A stretch of DNA of 49,490 bases from Basidiobolus meristosporus CBS 931.73 (lineage: Eukaryota > Fungi > Basidiobolomycota): positions 1 to 49,490 of the forward strand of contig MCFE01000655.1 in NCBI GenBank assembly GCA_002104905.1, read 5' to 3'. Under the pieces are notes generated by a model. It did no database searches, was not told the origin of the DNA, and saw only the letters and a program-made list of their open reading frames with translations. A program made the position numbers and the translations under genes. Shown in pieces: positions 12,033 to 24,464 of this stretch; position 1 is the first letter of the stretch; the number at the start of each line of letters is the position of its first letter.

Positions 12033-13782
12033 ATGGTTCTGGAGAGCGGAGCACAAGAGACCAGCGCTTTCATTGGCGTTCTTTTTGCAATCTGTGGAAA
12101 TGTATCTGTCTTCTGATTTATTTCAAGCTCTCTACTTTTCACTTGCTCGATTATTATCGATTCTTTTATGAATATAGCATTAAGTTTGATTCCTTCCACC
12201 AGATATTGATATCAGTCGCCTTGAACATCCAGAAATACGCACACAATAAGTTACGAAGCAAGACAAATCCCACTTCGTATTCCCCACTGCTAGCACGTAA
12301 CTCCAGAGCAACATTCCATAACGATGACGGAAGTAATATGAGCACAAGAGTCTCCACTTCAATCGATAGCGATCTAGACTACCTGAAGTCCAAAACTTGG
12401 TGGTCAGGCTTAATTTTAATGACTTCCGGTAAAGTCTTCCAGATTTTATTTAGACCTTCCTTTGTTGACGGCCATTACTATTTGGATCCTATAGGCGAAT
12501 GTGGAAACTTTCTAGGTAACTGGACTTATGTCTTACAAGGCGCATATCAAGCTCAACTTCTTTTGAGTATAGCGTATGGCTTTGCCCCTGCATCAGTGGT
12601 TGCTCCTCTAGGAACTGTTGCTCTGATTTCTAACACAATAGTTGCTCCACTTGTTCTGAATGAGCGCTTTCGAAGAAGAGATCTTATGGGAATTATGTTG
12701 GCCATTGTCGGTGCGTTCATCGTGGTTGCTTCCTCCAGCCATGAGGAGGTGCAGGTAAGCGGTACTCTGCTCTATCCTCATACATTGGACGAACTAACTT
12801 TGTTTTATAGCTCACACATGAGCTATTAAAGAAAGCTTTACTGCAAACGCAGTTCATTGTATATTTTCTAATCACTTCAACTCTGATAATATTTATGATT
12901 CCGCTAAGTGATCGGATTGGCGAAAAATCAATCCTGATAGACCTGGGACTGGTTGCACTATTTGGTATGCCGGTCAGTCTCGATTTATTATTGAATGCCA
13001 CTAACATTTGCTCCATGTCAGGTGCCTACACCGTACTGGCTACCAAAGCAATCTCTTCTCTGCTAAGCTTTACCCTTATTGTAATATTCAGCTACCCCCT
13101 AACGTACTTGATGCTATTCGTGCTGATCTCTACAGCCGTGTTGCAGATCAAATACTTGAACAAATCTTTACAGCGTTTTGATTCAACGGTAAAGATTCAT
13201 AACCTAAGCCTCTGCCATGGCAATCAGCTTAACTATTTCTCTTAGGAAGTGATACCCACCCAGTTCGTATTGTTTACCATCAGTGCGATTATTGGTTCAG
13301 CAATACTTTACAATGATTTTGCCAATATGACATCGCAACGGCTGCTGTGGTTCGCAACCGGGTGTTCCTTCACCTTTGCTGGAGTCTACTTTATAACCTC
13401 CAATCGGGACACCATTACACTTGACACGGAGGGTTACCTTGAGCGCGGAAGCGAGGTAGAGCCTAGTGTTACTCCACACTCGGTGTCTGTGAAGATCCAC
13501 CGGTCATACTCATACTCAGCCTCGCCCGACAATGGAGGGAGTGCCAAGGATTCGATATTTCCATCGTCCCTACCTGAAGCTACTGGGTTTTTGCGCTCCA
13601 TTGTAAATAGAAGAATGTCGACTGCCTCGTTAAGTACCAGCTTTAGATCGGCTTTGTCTTCCATTGGAACTAGGCATACCCATGCCTTGGGGCTGGGCAT
13701 CGTGGTAGAGAACTATTCGGCTTCGTCCAGAAAAAACTCCGTATGCAACTCACATCTAAACAAACCTCACAATCATTCATGA
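12033..13782 (+). CDS. NIPA/DUF803-type magnesium transporter, about 7 exons
   Basis: The spliced model reads MVLESGAQETSAFIGVLFAICGN-ILISVALNIQKYAH...WWSGLILMTS-GECGNFL-AYGFAPASVVAPLGTVALISN...GAYTVLATKAISSLL...KYLNKSLQRFDST-EVIPTQFVLFTISAIIGSAILYNDF. These are hallmark NIPA motifs. Exon 1 is 12033-12101 and the first intron is 12102-12202. Confidence 0.9.
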
Positions 13783-13985
13783 TCCATTGACCTCTTATTC
13801 ATCTTTTTGGCCACATGACTGACTCTAACATTGCTACCTCACCGCTATCTAATGCTTGCTCCTAATCCATTGTATCACATTGTTTGGCTAGTCAAGCTTC
13901 AAGGCTTTATATAAGCTATTTATATGCCATTGCTATTTAAGTACTAGTAGATCATAAAACACTCTTCAATATACATTTTCGCGGC

Positions 13986-14276
13986 TCATTCACGTTGCTG
14001 CAGGCGATGGTTTCTGAATAGAGCTCTTCGATAAGATCCGAATGTGTAAATCTCAATATGGTGTAGTATGCTTCGGGCTTGATTCACCAGCCGGGATGTA
14101 TATTCCGTATCATGGTGGATTTGCTTGAACAGGTCACTTCGGTGGACATGATAATATATGCCCAGGCCTATGGCCATTGATGCTCCAAATCCCTCACGTA
14201 AACAAGATCGAGCTGAGAGCCGAAATGGTAAAAATCGATGCAGTGCGGGCCAATTAAACCAGGGAAATCCCATCAT
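13986..14276 (-). CDS. Small hypothetical protein (96 aa) with one Gly-rich hydrophobic segment
   Basis: Uninterrupted ORF from ATG 14276 that fills the gap between the NIPA gene and SEC31. It contains GFGASMAIGLGIYYHV followed by an amphipathic-looking helix. No family recognised. Confidence 0.4.
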   Translation of the reverse strand: MMGFPWFNWPALHRFLPFRLSARSCLREGFGASMAIGLGIYYHVHRSDLFKQIHHDTEYTSRLVNQARSILHHIEIYTFGSYRRALFRNHRLQQRE

Positions 14277-14434
14277 TTCCAATGCTAATATCACAAACTC
14301 GAGAATGATTTGCTTGGTTATCGAGGAATCAGGATTTGTATCATTGTTTTTTCGAGAACCATTTCAACTTTTTGATACAGCTCCCTTAATATACTAGTTG
14401 AGAGCCGCGTTTTGTAATATTCTACCTTTCCAAT

Positions 14435-17400
14435 ATGAAGTTGAAGGATATTGATCGTACTGCTACTGTTGCTTGGGGGCCGCATCAAAGCCAGACGTAC
14501 CTTGCCACTGGTACTATGTCTGGTGCTTTAGATGCCTCGTTCTCCAACAAATCCGATTTAGAGTTATTTAAGCTTGATTTCACTGAGGATTCCATCGCTG
14601 AGACTTGGAAACCAAAGGCCGTCCTCAACAGTAATGCAAGGTATGTGAACAAGGATCAACCAAAATCCTATTCTTTTCTTTCTGGTTCCTAACTAGGTGG
14701 TAGATTTAATCGGATCGCTTGGGGTGCCATTGCAGCAGATAAACCACACGGCATTATTGCTGGTGGTATGGAAAACGGAGAGCTAGCACTATGGAATGCG
14801 GCTAGCATACTTGATGACTCCAAGTAAGCGCTATCACCTGAGGTTATTTCGGTTTATGAGTAGCCCATACTAATATCCGTTTAGTTCTGAAGACGCACTT
14901 ATCATGAGTAACACCAGCCACACGGGTAGCGTTCGAGGATTAGATTTCAATCCTTTCCAACAAAACCTTCTGGCTTCAGCTGCTGGTAACGGCGAGGTAA
15001 GTCGGCTAGATGGTTTATTTAACCTGTCCAACATAACCTCAACTATGAAATTATCATCTCTAGATCTTCATCTGGGATCTTACAAACCCTACGAAGCCAT
15101 ATTCTCCTGGTCCTCGCTCCCAAAGACTCGATGACATTACTTCCTTGTCATGGAACAATCAAGTGCAACATATTTTAGCCACCTCATCTACGACCGGCTA
15201 CACTGTTGTTTGGGATTTGAAGAACAGACGTGAAGTAATGCATATGGCATATCCGGGTGCATCCATGGGAATGGGTGGCAGAGGAGGAATTACCGCTGTT
15301 GCATGGAACCCTGACAATGTAATTGATATGTCTACCAGCTCTATGCCAACTAGGCAATTAACATTTACGTCAATACAATGTATAGGCAACTCAATTGGTT
15401 ACCGCCTCTGAAGATGATCACAACCCAGTAATCATGATGTGGGATCTTAGAAATGCCCACGCACCAGAGAAGGTAACCAACAATCACAACCAGTACCAAA
15501 CAACTCCGAGTAACCAGTGATTTGGATTGAATTTAGATCTTATCGGGCCATTCCAAGGGAATCCTTTCCTTGTCGTGGTGCAAGATGGACTCTGACCTGC
15601 TTTTAAGTACCGGAAAAGATTGTAGAACTCTCTGCTGGAATCCACGTGTTGGCGAAGTTGTTGGAGAGGTACATAGGGTATGAAGCATTGAATGATTGGT
15701 CATTAGTTCTAACTATATGTGAAGCTTCCATCAAGTGCTAATTGGACATTTGACGTCCAATGGTGTCCCAAGAATCCTAACCTTTTGAGTACCGCATCGT
15801 TTGATGGAAAGGTAATCGTAGTAGATATCTAATCCGCTCTTCCGCTTGATGTTAAAGCCAACCGTGCGCCAATTCTAGGTCAACGTGTTTTCCCTTCAAT
15901 CTGGTGTTGACGACAACAATACCGCCGAACCCAGCCCTTCGCAGGCCCAAAATGATGATCCCTTCAACGCCCAGAATTACACCAATACTACCAACTCATC
16001 GTTCTCGTTGAAGCAGGCCCCCAAGTGGTTGAGACCCCCAGTTGGCGGTACTTTTTCTTTTGGTGGAAAGCTTGTTTCCTTTGGAAACAATTCGCAAACA
16101 AACTCCCCGAATACCACTGTGTCTATCTCAACTGTGGTCACCGAGCCAGAGATTGTAAAGCGTTCTCAAGAGCTTGAGGCCGCTTTGGAATCCAACAATT
16201 TGCAGGAGTTCTGTGAAGCAAGAGCCAACTCGACCACCGATAAGGATGGTCTGGACAGCTGGAGAATTCTGAGAATTCTATTTGAATCGGACGCCAGAGA
16301 TCGTTTGATAAGTCATCTCGGATTCAAAAAAGACGAGCTCGTTGCGCAGATCGCCGAGAAAATGAGCAAGCTTGAGGTGGACGAGAAGAAGGCACCAGAA
16401 GGCGAAGAATCGAGCGCTGCACTTGATACCGAGATCCCTACCGAAGAGTCTGCAAATGAAGAATCATCACCAAAGAGTGAGAATGTCTCCGAGCTTTTCA
16501 GCGATAGCGACGATAAGGATTCTCTTGACTTCTTCGTTCAACAACCAGAGCAAGCCGAATCCCCCGCAGAGGAAGCCATGGGCTCCGTTTCAAAGCAGAA
16601 CCAGCTGGTATCTCTGCCAAGATTGCCTTTCAAGTTCAACCCTGACGAGAACTCGGACGTCGACAGATTGATCACTCGCTCCATTACCTTGGGCGATTTC
16701 GAATCCGCGGTCAACCTCTGCCTCAAGAGTGATCGTCTTTCTGACGCACTGGTTCTGGCTATTTGCGGTGGTGGTGACTTGCTTGTCCGTACACAGCAGG
16801 CGTATTTTGAACAAAAGAGCCAGTCCACCCCATACATTCGTATCCTTCGTTCTGTGATATCTGGTGATCTTGATGATATTGTGGAGAATGCGGATATTGG
16901 CGAATGGGATGAAATCCTTGCCATCCTGTGCACCTACTCTAGTTCTGAGAACTTCGCTGACCTCTGCGAGAAGCTAGGATCGCGACTAGAGGCCGAGTGG
17001 CACAAGACCGCAGGCCGTGGTGATGTTTCTGTTACTGATGATGTCAGACATCACGCTACCGTATGCTACCTTGCCTCCGGCAATATCAGCAAAGTATTGG
17101 GCATTTGGTTAGCCCAAGAGTCTGAGGCTGAGGCCGCAGCTCTTGCTAGTCACAGTGACTCGCGTGGCCAGATCCTTCAGGATTTCATGGAGAAGCTAGC
17201 TGTTCTCCAGAAGGCCATTGACCAGAACGAGACCCCGGTTGGCTCCGAGCGTGATATGTCGCAGCTCTATCGTAGATATCTGGATTATGCCGAGATCTTG
17301 ATTACTCAAGGGCAGCTAGCCACAGCCGTGAAGTATCTGAGCTATGTTCCGTCTGAGGTTCAGGAAGGAGAAATGAATGAAGCCGAGAAGTGCTCCATTA

Positions 17401-18698
17401 TCAAGGATCGAATTTACAACTCCGGCATCGGGGCTGATATTTTATCACCTCCAGTGTTTCCCTTCGAATTCGTTCCTGTTGGTCTCGAAGGTCAGCCCCC
17501 TCAATCTCAACCGGAACCATCGGTATATCAGGAAAGCAGCCAGCAAGGAGCAGCAATTCCTAACAACTCGTATCCTACTGCCTCACAACCTCAACAATAC
17601 TACAATCAGTACGACACTCAAACTGGATATCAACAGGAGGCTCAAGCCTCTAGCTATCCGGCCGTGAACACCTACCCGACCCAGGTTCAGCAGAATTACT
17701 ACACCCCTTCAGGTGCTAGCCCTTACGGAGGCTACCAACAGCCCAGTGTTCCCGAGTACAACGTCCCCAATACCTTCGGTAATACTAACTATGCTGCCCA
17801 AACTCCTTCCGCACCGCCTGTGGCTCCACCCTCCCAACTGAGAAACACTCCGGCTTGGAATGATCCTCCCATGGCGAGTGTTGCTGCGGCGAAGCAGCGT
17901 GCTCCCACTCCTAAAGTAGCGCCAATCACTTCACCTTTCCCCAATGCTGTGTCTACCCCATCATCACCCAACGCTGGGTATGCGGCACCTCCTATGGGCA
18001 AGCCAATGCCACCCCCTCCGCGACCCGGCAGCGGCCTTGGTGCCAACTCTCAGGCCGGCTCTCCTAATGCTAACGCTATCCCCAAGGTTCCTCAGCCCAA
18101 CACTCAATTCATCCCCAACTCGTATAGCGGAGTGACCCCCAACAACACTACACCTATGCCTAACTACGGGGCCGGATATGCCGCCTCTAACTCACCAGTT
18201 AACCAATACCAGCAGGGAATTCAACGGGGACCAAGCCCAATGATTCCACAGCCCCCTAATACTCTTCCTTCCACCACTTCCCAACTTGCCGGTAAACCTG
18301 TGTCCAAGCCAAGCTCTCCAGCCCCCAAAGAGCCAGCTGCACCAAAATATCCCCCTGGAGATAGAAGCCATATCCCATCCGCTCACATACCTATTTACCA
18401 GAAGCTCAGCGGCGAATTCCAGCGCGTTCGCCAAGGCGCTCTCCCCAACCAAAGAAGAATGCTGGACGACGTGGAAAAGCGGTTGAATCTGCTCTTTGAT
18501 GCCTTGAACTTGGAAACCCTACCACAAGACATTACCGACAGAATGCTTACCCTTACTCAGGCACTGGAAAAGCACGACTTCCATACAGCCCAACAGATTC
18601 ACCTTGATTTGGTTACCACCAAATTTGCCATCGTTGGTCAGTGGATGGTTGGAGTGAAGCGTTTGATCGAGTTGGTGAGATCTCACTCAGGAATGTAA
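14435..18698 (+). CDS. SEC31: COPII coat protein Sec31 (WD40 propeller, ACE1 region, Pro-rich linker, C-terminal helical domain)
   Basis: N-terminus [14 protein letters not shown]...[17 protein letters not shown] exons include [22 protein letters not shown] and [12 protein letters not shown]. Also [23 protein letters not shown], a Pro/Gln-rich region and C-terminal [11 protein letters not shown]...WMVGVKRLI. Many short introns lie in the 5' part, followed by a last exon of about 2.8 kb. Confidence 0.96.
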
Positions 18699-19124
18699 GC
18701 CGTTCCAGCCACTTTCCACCCTTCCAAAAACTCCCCCTAAACAGCCAAAAAGGGACCAACATATATCTGTTCAACTCCAAAGTATCGGTGAGGTGGTTTT
18801 TGTTCGCTCAACTATCTCGCCGCTTAGAATACGTTTTTATCTTTCCGGTTTTATATTTTTATTCCAGCCTTCTTTCCAAGATCTTCGTGTCTACGCGCAC
18901 CCATACTCATACACACACCTGCTCTTCCCTCACCTTCCTTTCTTTCTTTCTCCCAAAATAGAGCGTGCAGATGTATTAAAGCTGTTTCCCTCCATAAAGT
19001 TCACTGTTTTTAATCCGAAAATAAACCTTTCATTTTGGCTGTTTCATTCGGTTCCAACTTACAGAACGGTGCTTCCGCATCGTAGACCTCTGCCTCAAAC
19101 ACAGATCATTGCACTTCTCCAGCT

Positions 19125-19738
19125 ATGAAACATGCCCATAACCACGTGTCACCTCCAATTCCATCCCAAACGAATGGGAAACAACGGGATATGGAGCCCA
19201 ATCAGCCAGGCTTGCCGCAGGGCTATAAACAGAGAATCAGCACCTTTGCTTTCGATTTTGACGAATACATTGGGCCAACATTTCGGAATAAAGCACTCCA
19301 GTGCGAGCCATCAGTCACATTCCAGCCACACCTTGACTCCTGCTGCCTAAAAGATAGTAAGCCACGATGAACAAGCTGTCAAACGAGGAGTATAAATCAG
19401 AGCTTGCCAAGCTGTCCGATCCAAACGTGGTGAGAGAGCTGCAGAGGCTGGTCAACATATCGGCCCAGATACGAGACTCCTCCGAGGAGATCCGTAGGTT
19501 TTCTGCACAAGATGATGAGCTCAGGAGCGCCGTGAAAAGCAACGAGGCCATGCTGAGGCACCAAGAAGAGCGGATCAGCATCGCCAACGCCATTATCCAA
19601 GAGCGTAGGATATCTGCCGAGTACATCGATCAGCTTAAGGCGAACAAGGATCCTTTCCTGCTGGAGCAAGACAAATCATTGCACAAGATGTACGATTTGA
19701 ATCGGATGAAGGAAAGCAACCCCCAGTCAATCCAATAA
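19125..19738 (+). CDS. Hypothetical coiled-coil protein (2 exons)
   Basis: The two listed ORFs (19125-19370 and 19367-19738) join in frame through intron GTAAGC...ATCAG at 19357-19400, giving ...DSCCLKD-KLAKLSDPNVVRELQRL. The C-terminal half is heptad-like and rich in E/Q/R/L. Confidence 0.55.
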
Positions 19739-20724
19739 ACCGCATTCATGCCCTCGATTTTGCAAACCCCATGATATTCCCTTCCCCTTAGCCCTTCACA
19801 CGGTACCGTTGAATTGATCTTCATTGAGTTGGCGGGTCCACCAGGCTGGTGAGTGTTGCATCATCACGAAACCATCCAGTTTCTGTAGATGGATATCGTA
19901 CATCATACGTATGCACCTGATGTTGGCCAGGAATGGTTTGATTGTGACTAGTGGCTTCACATTGAAGAGAGCACTAATATTGTCCCACGACCTGACATGA
20001 AGTGATGGCGACTCCTAACTAGATCGCGGCATAGGTAACATTGGGTTTTCACGGGGCCCAGTGTTCGAAACCGAGCCATCAGAGTAGGCGGATTGGAAGG
20101 GTTGACAGGCTGGCTACCAGAAGCACTAGGCCCACGGCAGCGAGTATCTAACGGGCTCCGTGGAGACATGCTTCTGCTGCTCCGTCTGGATTTCAAATCA
20201 CGTTGCTGGCCCGCTACAGCTCTGACACAGCCCCGAAACTAAGGATGCAATGTGCGTAGGGCGGTAAATATGTGGTTTCTATCGACTCGATTAATTTGAG
20301 AGTAACAACCATATCTGCCTGGGCTGCCTTGAGTGGTGCGTATCTCAATTGATTAATTAAATGCCACCAATGAAACTGCTGGGCAAGAAATTGTCTATCT
20401 GGAAATCAATTCCAGTTCGGCACACTCCTGCATCGACCGGTCAGGTAAATGGATGCTCAACAATTGCACAGAATAGGCAGAAGCATTCCATTCTCAGGAA
20501 AGAATCGTAGATTAAAGTTTAAGTGGCGTGCCGGACGTAGAATAAGGGGACCGCGGAATTCTTTAAATCTTGGCCTCTGCCAATCTGACAGATCGAATAA
20601 TCTGGCCAATTTGGCTCTGCCAACGCCGTTACGTAAGGCATTTCCTGTAGACTCCTCCAAGCCCTCGCCCCGCCCCCGCCACCACTACCATTGAAGCCCA
20701 CCTGAGATAGAAATCCCACCCACC

Positions 20725-22427
20725 ATGACCTTCGAGACGATCACTCGGCACATCGATGAATCCTTGACCAACGAAAACTGGTTCACCCTCAACAAATTGA
20801 TCAAAGCCGATCTCATAGCACTGTGCCAAGAGCGAGGTAGAGGCTACGGCAGCATTTGAATCGAGCGTATCATTCTAACCATCTCCACCTCAGGCTTGCC
20901 TACAGAGGGCTCAAAGGAATCCCTGATCCTGGCGTTGATGGAATGGGTAACCTGGTGGATGGCCAACGTCTCTCAGAACATTGAATCTCACCCATTGCTC
21001 TCTTGTAGAAACTGGGAGTAAAGCCGATCCCCGCCCCAGCCACCGCTCGCCTGTCCAACCTCAACACGTCGCCAGGACATAAGAACATCACCTCCGTGTA
21101 CAACACAATGCTGCTAGAGGATGATTCATGGGATTCCATTGGGGAAATTCCCTACGGACAGTTGAAGTTCGGGAAGAAGCTTGGCTCCGGCGGGTTCAAG
21201 GATTGCTTCGCCGGCACCTACGGGGAGGTGAGTACTGCAAACAACCGTCCCGTACGGTGAGCCCTAGCTAACCATCTTTTTTAGGATCCTGTGGCCATTG
21301 GAGAGCTTCGCATTTCTACGGACTTCAGCCCGGAGGACTTTGCTGATATCAAGCACGAAATCAGCGTGCTAAAGTAATGCTTCTCAGCAGACCACCCCTT
21401 TCGTTGAGTCCGACTAACCCGAAGTCTTGGACCCCTAGGCAACTGAGACATGAGAACATAGTCAGGTTCATTGGCGTATGCACCGACGTGAAGCATCTGT
21501 GTATTGTGACCGAGCTGTGTGAGCACGGGGATCTCTTCGATTTCATGCGGAAATCCAAGAAGCCCCCGTTCAGTCAACAGGTAAGGGCAAGCATTCCCAT
21601 TGGGTCGGGTTTCAGCGATTAATGATGGATGATGCGCAGCTCATGTACATGCATGACATCGCCTTTGGTGTAACCTATCTCCATACGAGACGGCCCAGCA
21701 TCATACATCGAGTAAGTGGACTTTATTCCGACTCCAATGAGTGTTCCTTGTATTCATCCATGCGGGCTTGACTCTAGGACATGAAATCGATGAACATCCT
21801 GGTAATTCTAAATGCTGGCGTGGACGGTTCCTCACGTCTCTAACTCCTTGCTAGATTAGTGCCGATTATAGAGCAAAGATCAACGACTTCGGACTGGCCC
21901 GAATCCGGCCGCGGCTAAACACCCTGGTCCATACCCAGTGCGGGACACCGAACTGGCAAGGTATGGCGAGACCCAGCAGACTGTCTTTGCTCCAGAGACT
22001 AACATTACTCCCTCTAGCACCCGAGTTCTGGACCGCCAACCCAAGCTACACCGAAAAGGTAGCCCATTCTCGGTAGCATCAAAATCCAAGGTTTCCTCTA
22101 ACCACTCTGATCCATCAGGTTGATGTCTATGCCTGTGGCCTAATCTTCTGGGAGATTCTACAATGGGCGGCCGAGCCATATCCGTACCATGACCTCACCG
22201 AGCACCAGCTGTATATCCAAGGTAGGCAGCACTGGATTGTGATTCAAACCACGCCCTAGCTAATCCGCTTTACAGTGAGAGACAAGGGGGTACGCCCGTC
22301 ACTGGCCAAGCTGAAGAAGTATCCACAATCGTTACTGAACCTGATTCAGGATATGTGGGCCCACGAGCCAAGCCAACGGCCCTCGATGAGCCATGTCCTG
22401 GAATCGTTGCAGGAGTATCTGTCCTGA
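20725..22427 (+). CDS. SAP-domain plus TKL-like protein kinase, 11 exons
   Basis: Ten GT-AG introns give an open frame: SAP-like LNKLIKADLIALCQERGLPTEGSKESLILALMEW, then KLGSGGFKDCFAGTYGE-DPVAIGEL, HEISVLKQLRHENIVRFIG, IIHR-DMKSMNIL, KINDFGLAR, CGTPNWQ-APEFW, VDVYACGLIFWE and MWAHEPSQRPSM. Confidence 0.9.
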
Positions 22428-22969
22428 AGAGCGATAGGAGTTCGGTGAGTGAGGAGGAGGGGGCGAGGACCTAGATTTCCACTCAACATCGAGTTCCCAA
22501 AGGCCACTTTGTTCTTGGGATTCATTTTCATTTTAGTTTCACTTGATTGCCTATGATCTCTCAAATGTATATCACCCAGTCACGCTATTTCACAAACACA
22601 TATTGATAAACTGATAGATTTACCCCACCCTTCGTGCATGTTTCCTATGAACCAAGGTCACATCCAGATTTCGCCCGCTCAATCTCTCCCGAGTAATTTT
22701 CAGAACCCTGATGAACTTCGCCGCCACGTTTGGGTGGATTTCAAATCCAAATGCAAGCAACCACCGAGTGCGTGCCCACCCTCATGTTCCATCCCATCCC
22801 TTCACTGCCAACTCCTTCCGCAGTGCCCTTGGAACTGCCAGATATGGAAGGCGTCACAGGATGGATACCAAATTAGGTCCTTCACGAGACAAAATTGGTA
22901 ACTTCATCAGCATCGCAACCATCATTGGCCCTTCGCTACGAGGTACAATCACCAAGAACATCAACAAAA

Positions 22970-22977
22970 TCACGTGA
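22970..22977. promoter_or_regulatory. Palindromic E-box (TCACGTGA) upstream of the YjjX-like gene
   Basis: Perfect palindrome about 70 nt upstream of ATG 23049. CACGTG is the established bHLH core (Cbf1/Pho4 type). Function here is unproven. Confidence 0.3.
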
Positions 22978-23048
22978 CCAGAGGGGACCATTGTAAACAA
23001 AAGCACAGCGGGCACCCAAGCCTCGAGACCAACATTCACGCCCAAAAA

Positions 23049-23901
23049 ATGTCTCCACCAGTATCTGAAGAGCTACACGTCGCCGTCGGATCGAAGAATC
23101 CCACCAAAGTGAACGCCGCCAAGAGAGTTCTGCAGCATTACTTCCCCGACAAGAACATCCACGTCCACATGCTGAGCGTTCCTTCGGGAGTTGCCGACCA
23201 GCCTATGTCAGGTACGCCCCTACCTGTTCCCCCTGGACACGAGACACGGAGTCGTTTCCAGTCCAGTCAACTAAGCGTTCGATTTTTTCTAGATGAGGAA
23301 ACCATCTTGGGTGCCAAGAATCGCGCCAAAGCGGCCATGGAGATGTCGGAGGCCGATTGTACTTACGGTATGTGAAACTCTTCTCGCGACCAGGACAGGA
23401 GCGCCCTCCGGTGGTGGTTGACCAGTTTACTCACCAACCTATCATACTGCAGCCATCGGCATTGAAGGAGGTGTTTGCGAAATGGGCGGGGATTATTTCC
23501 AAACCGGATGGGCCGCAGTCGTCGACAAGAAGGTAAGTTGGATTAAGCGGTGTCTACGGGACGAGGATTCGCTTGCTAACCCAGCATGACAGGGCGATAT
23601 CGGCGTCGGTAGCGGTGGTCGTTTCCAAATCTCCAACAAAATCATCGCCCAGCTCAAGTCGGGCAGAGAGATGGGCCCGGTCATGGACGAACTATCCGGT
23701 ATCGACGATGTTCGGTCCACACTGGGAGTGATTGGTAAGTCACATGCCTTCGGTCGATACCATCATGATCCGTTCGCTAACTTTTTCTCTGGTTGACCAG
23801 GTATTTACACCAAGGGGGCCTTGGATAGATCCGATTCGAACACCGAGGCTCTTTACCTTGCCTTTGCCAAATTCGTTTCCGACCCTGTGTACTGGGACTA
23901 G
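23049..23901 (+). CDS. YjjX/DUF84-family non-canonical purine NTP phosphatase (ITP/XTPase), 5 exons
   Basis: Introns at 23212-23292, 23368-23452, 23533-23592 and 23735-23800. The product reads VAVGSKNPTKVNA...SVPSGVADQPMS-DEETILGAKNRA...AIGIEGGV...GWAAVVDKK-GDIGVGSGG...GREMGPVMDELSG...LGVIG-IYTKGALDRS, which are YjjX-family motifs. Confidence 0.88.
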
Positions 23902-24434
23902 GCTATACCGGCGGCCAAGCCCACGACCATATCTACATCTACACTTACCTAATGTAATCCCCCAAACACCCAGAGCAGTAATTAGACTGTCCCTTTAGAT
24001 AGAGATGCAATGGGCGACCACCACAAATAAAATCCCCCGTGTGGCAACAAACTCCCCCCGCTCACAGAGAGATTGCTCGACGCACTTGCGTTTGCTCCGG
24101 GCATCACCGTCCTCGGATTGTGTTGTATGATGTGATGGAGACGTTTAACATAATCGCAGTGTGTATCGTCTGACCTGTGTGAAACGATGGCGCAAGTTGG
24201 TTCAGTATCCCAAGCACCGAGGGGCTGTTAGGCTACTAGGCTGCAGCCTGCCCACCTATCTAGTCCGCAAGCCACCAACCCATCTCCAAAAATATTCGGG
24301 CATATGGACGAGGTCTTCACCTTATGCAAAACCTGAAGCCGGGCCAGGGTGGACGACCCGATCCGAGCTTACTTGCATCTGATCTTTCCAAACATCTACT
24401 GATAATCATCAGCCTCGGGAGAGGTGGTGGTGCT

Positions 24435-24464
24435 GGTTGTGGTTGTGGTTGTGGTTATGGTTGT
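24435..24464 (+). repeat. (GGTTGT)5 hexanucleotide repeat with one variant unit
   Basis: GGTTGT GGTTGT GGTTGT GGTTAT GGTTGT read directly. Confidence 0.8.

Noticed and set aside
16372-18486. Alternative-frame and antisense ORFs within the last SEC31 exon
   Set aside because: Expected by-products of biased codon usage in a Pro/Gln-rich coding region.
19367-19370. ATGA stop/start overlap suggesting an operon-like bicistron
   Set aside because: Better explained by a canonical intron at 19357-19400.
19790-20200. Possible small spliced gene on the minus strand (VHTYDVRYPSTETGWFRDDATLTSL)
   Set aside because: It requires a weak donor and a 34-nt intron, and no family match is recognised.
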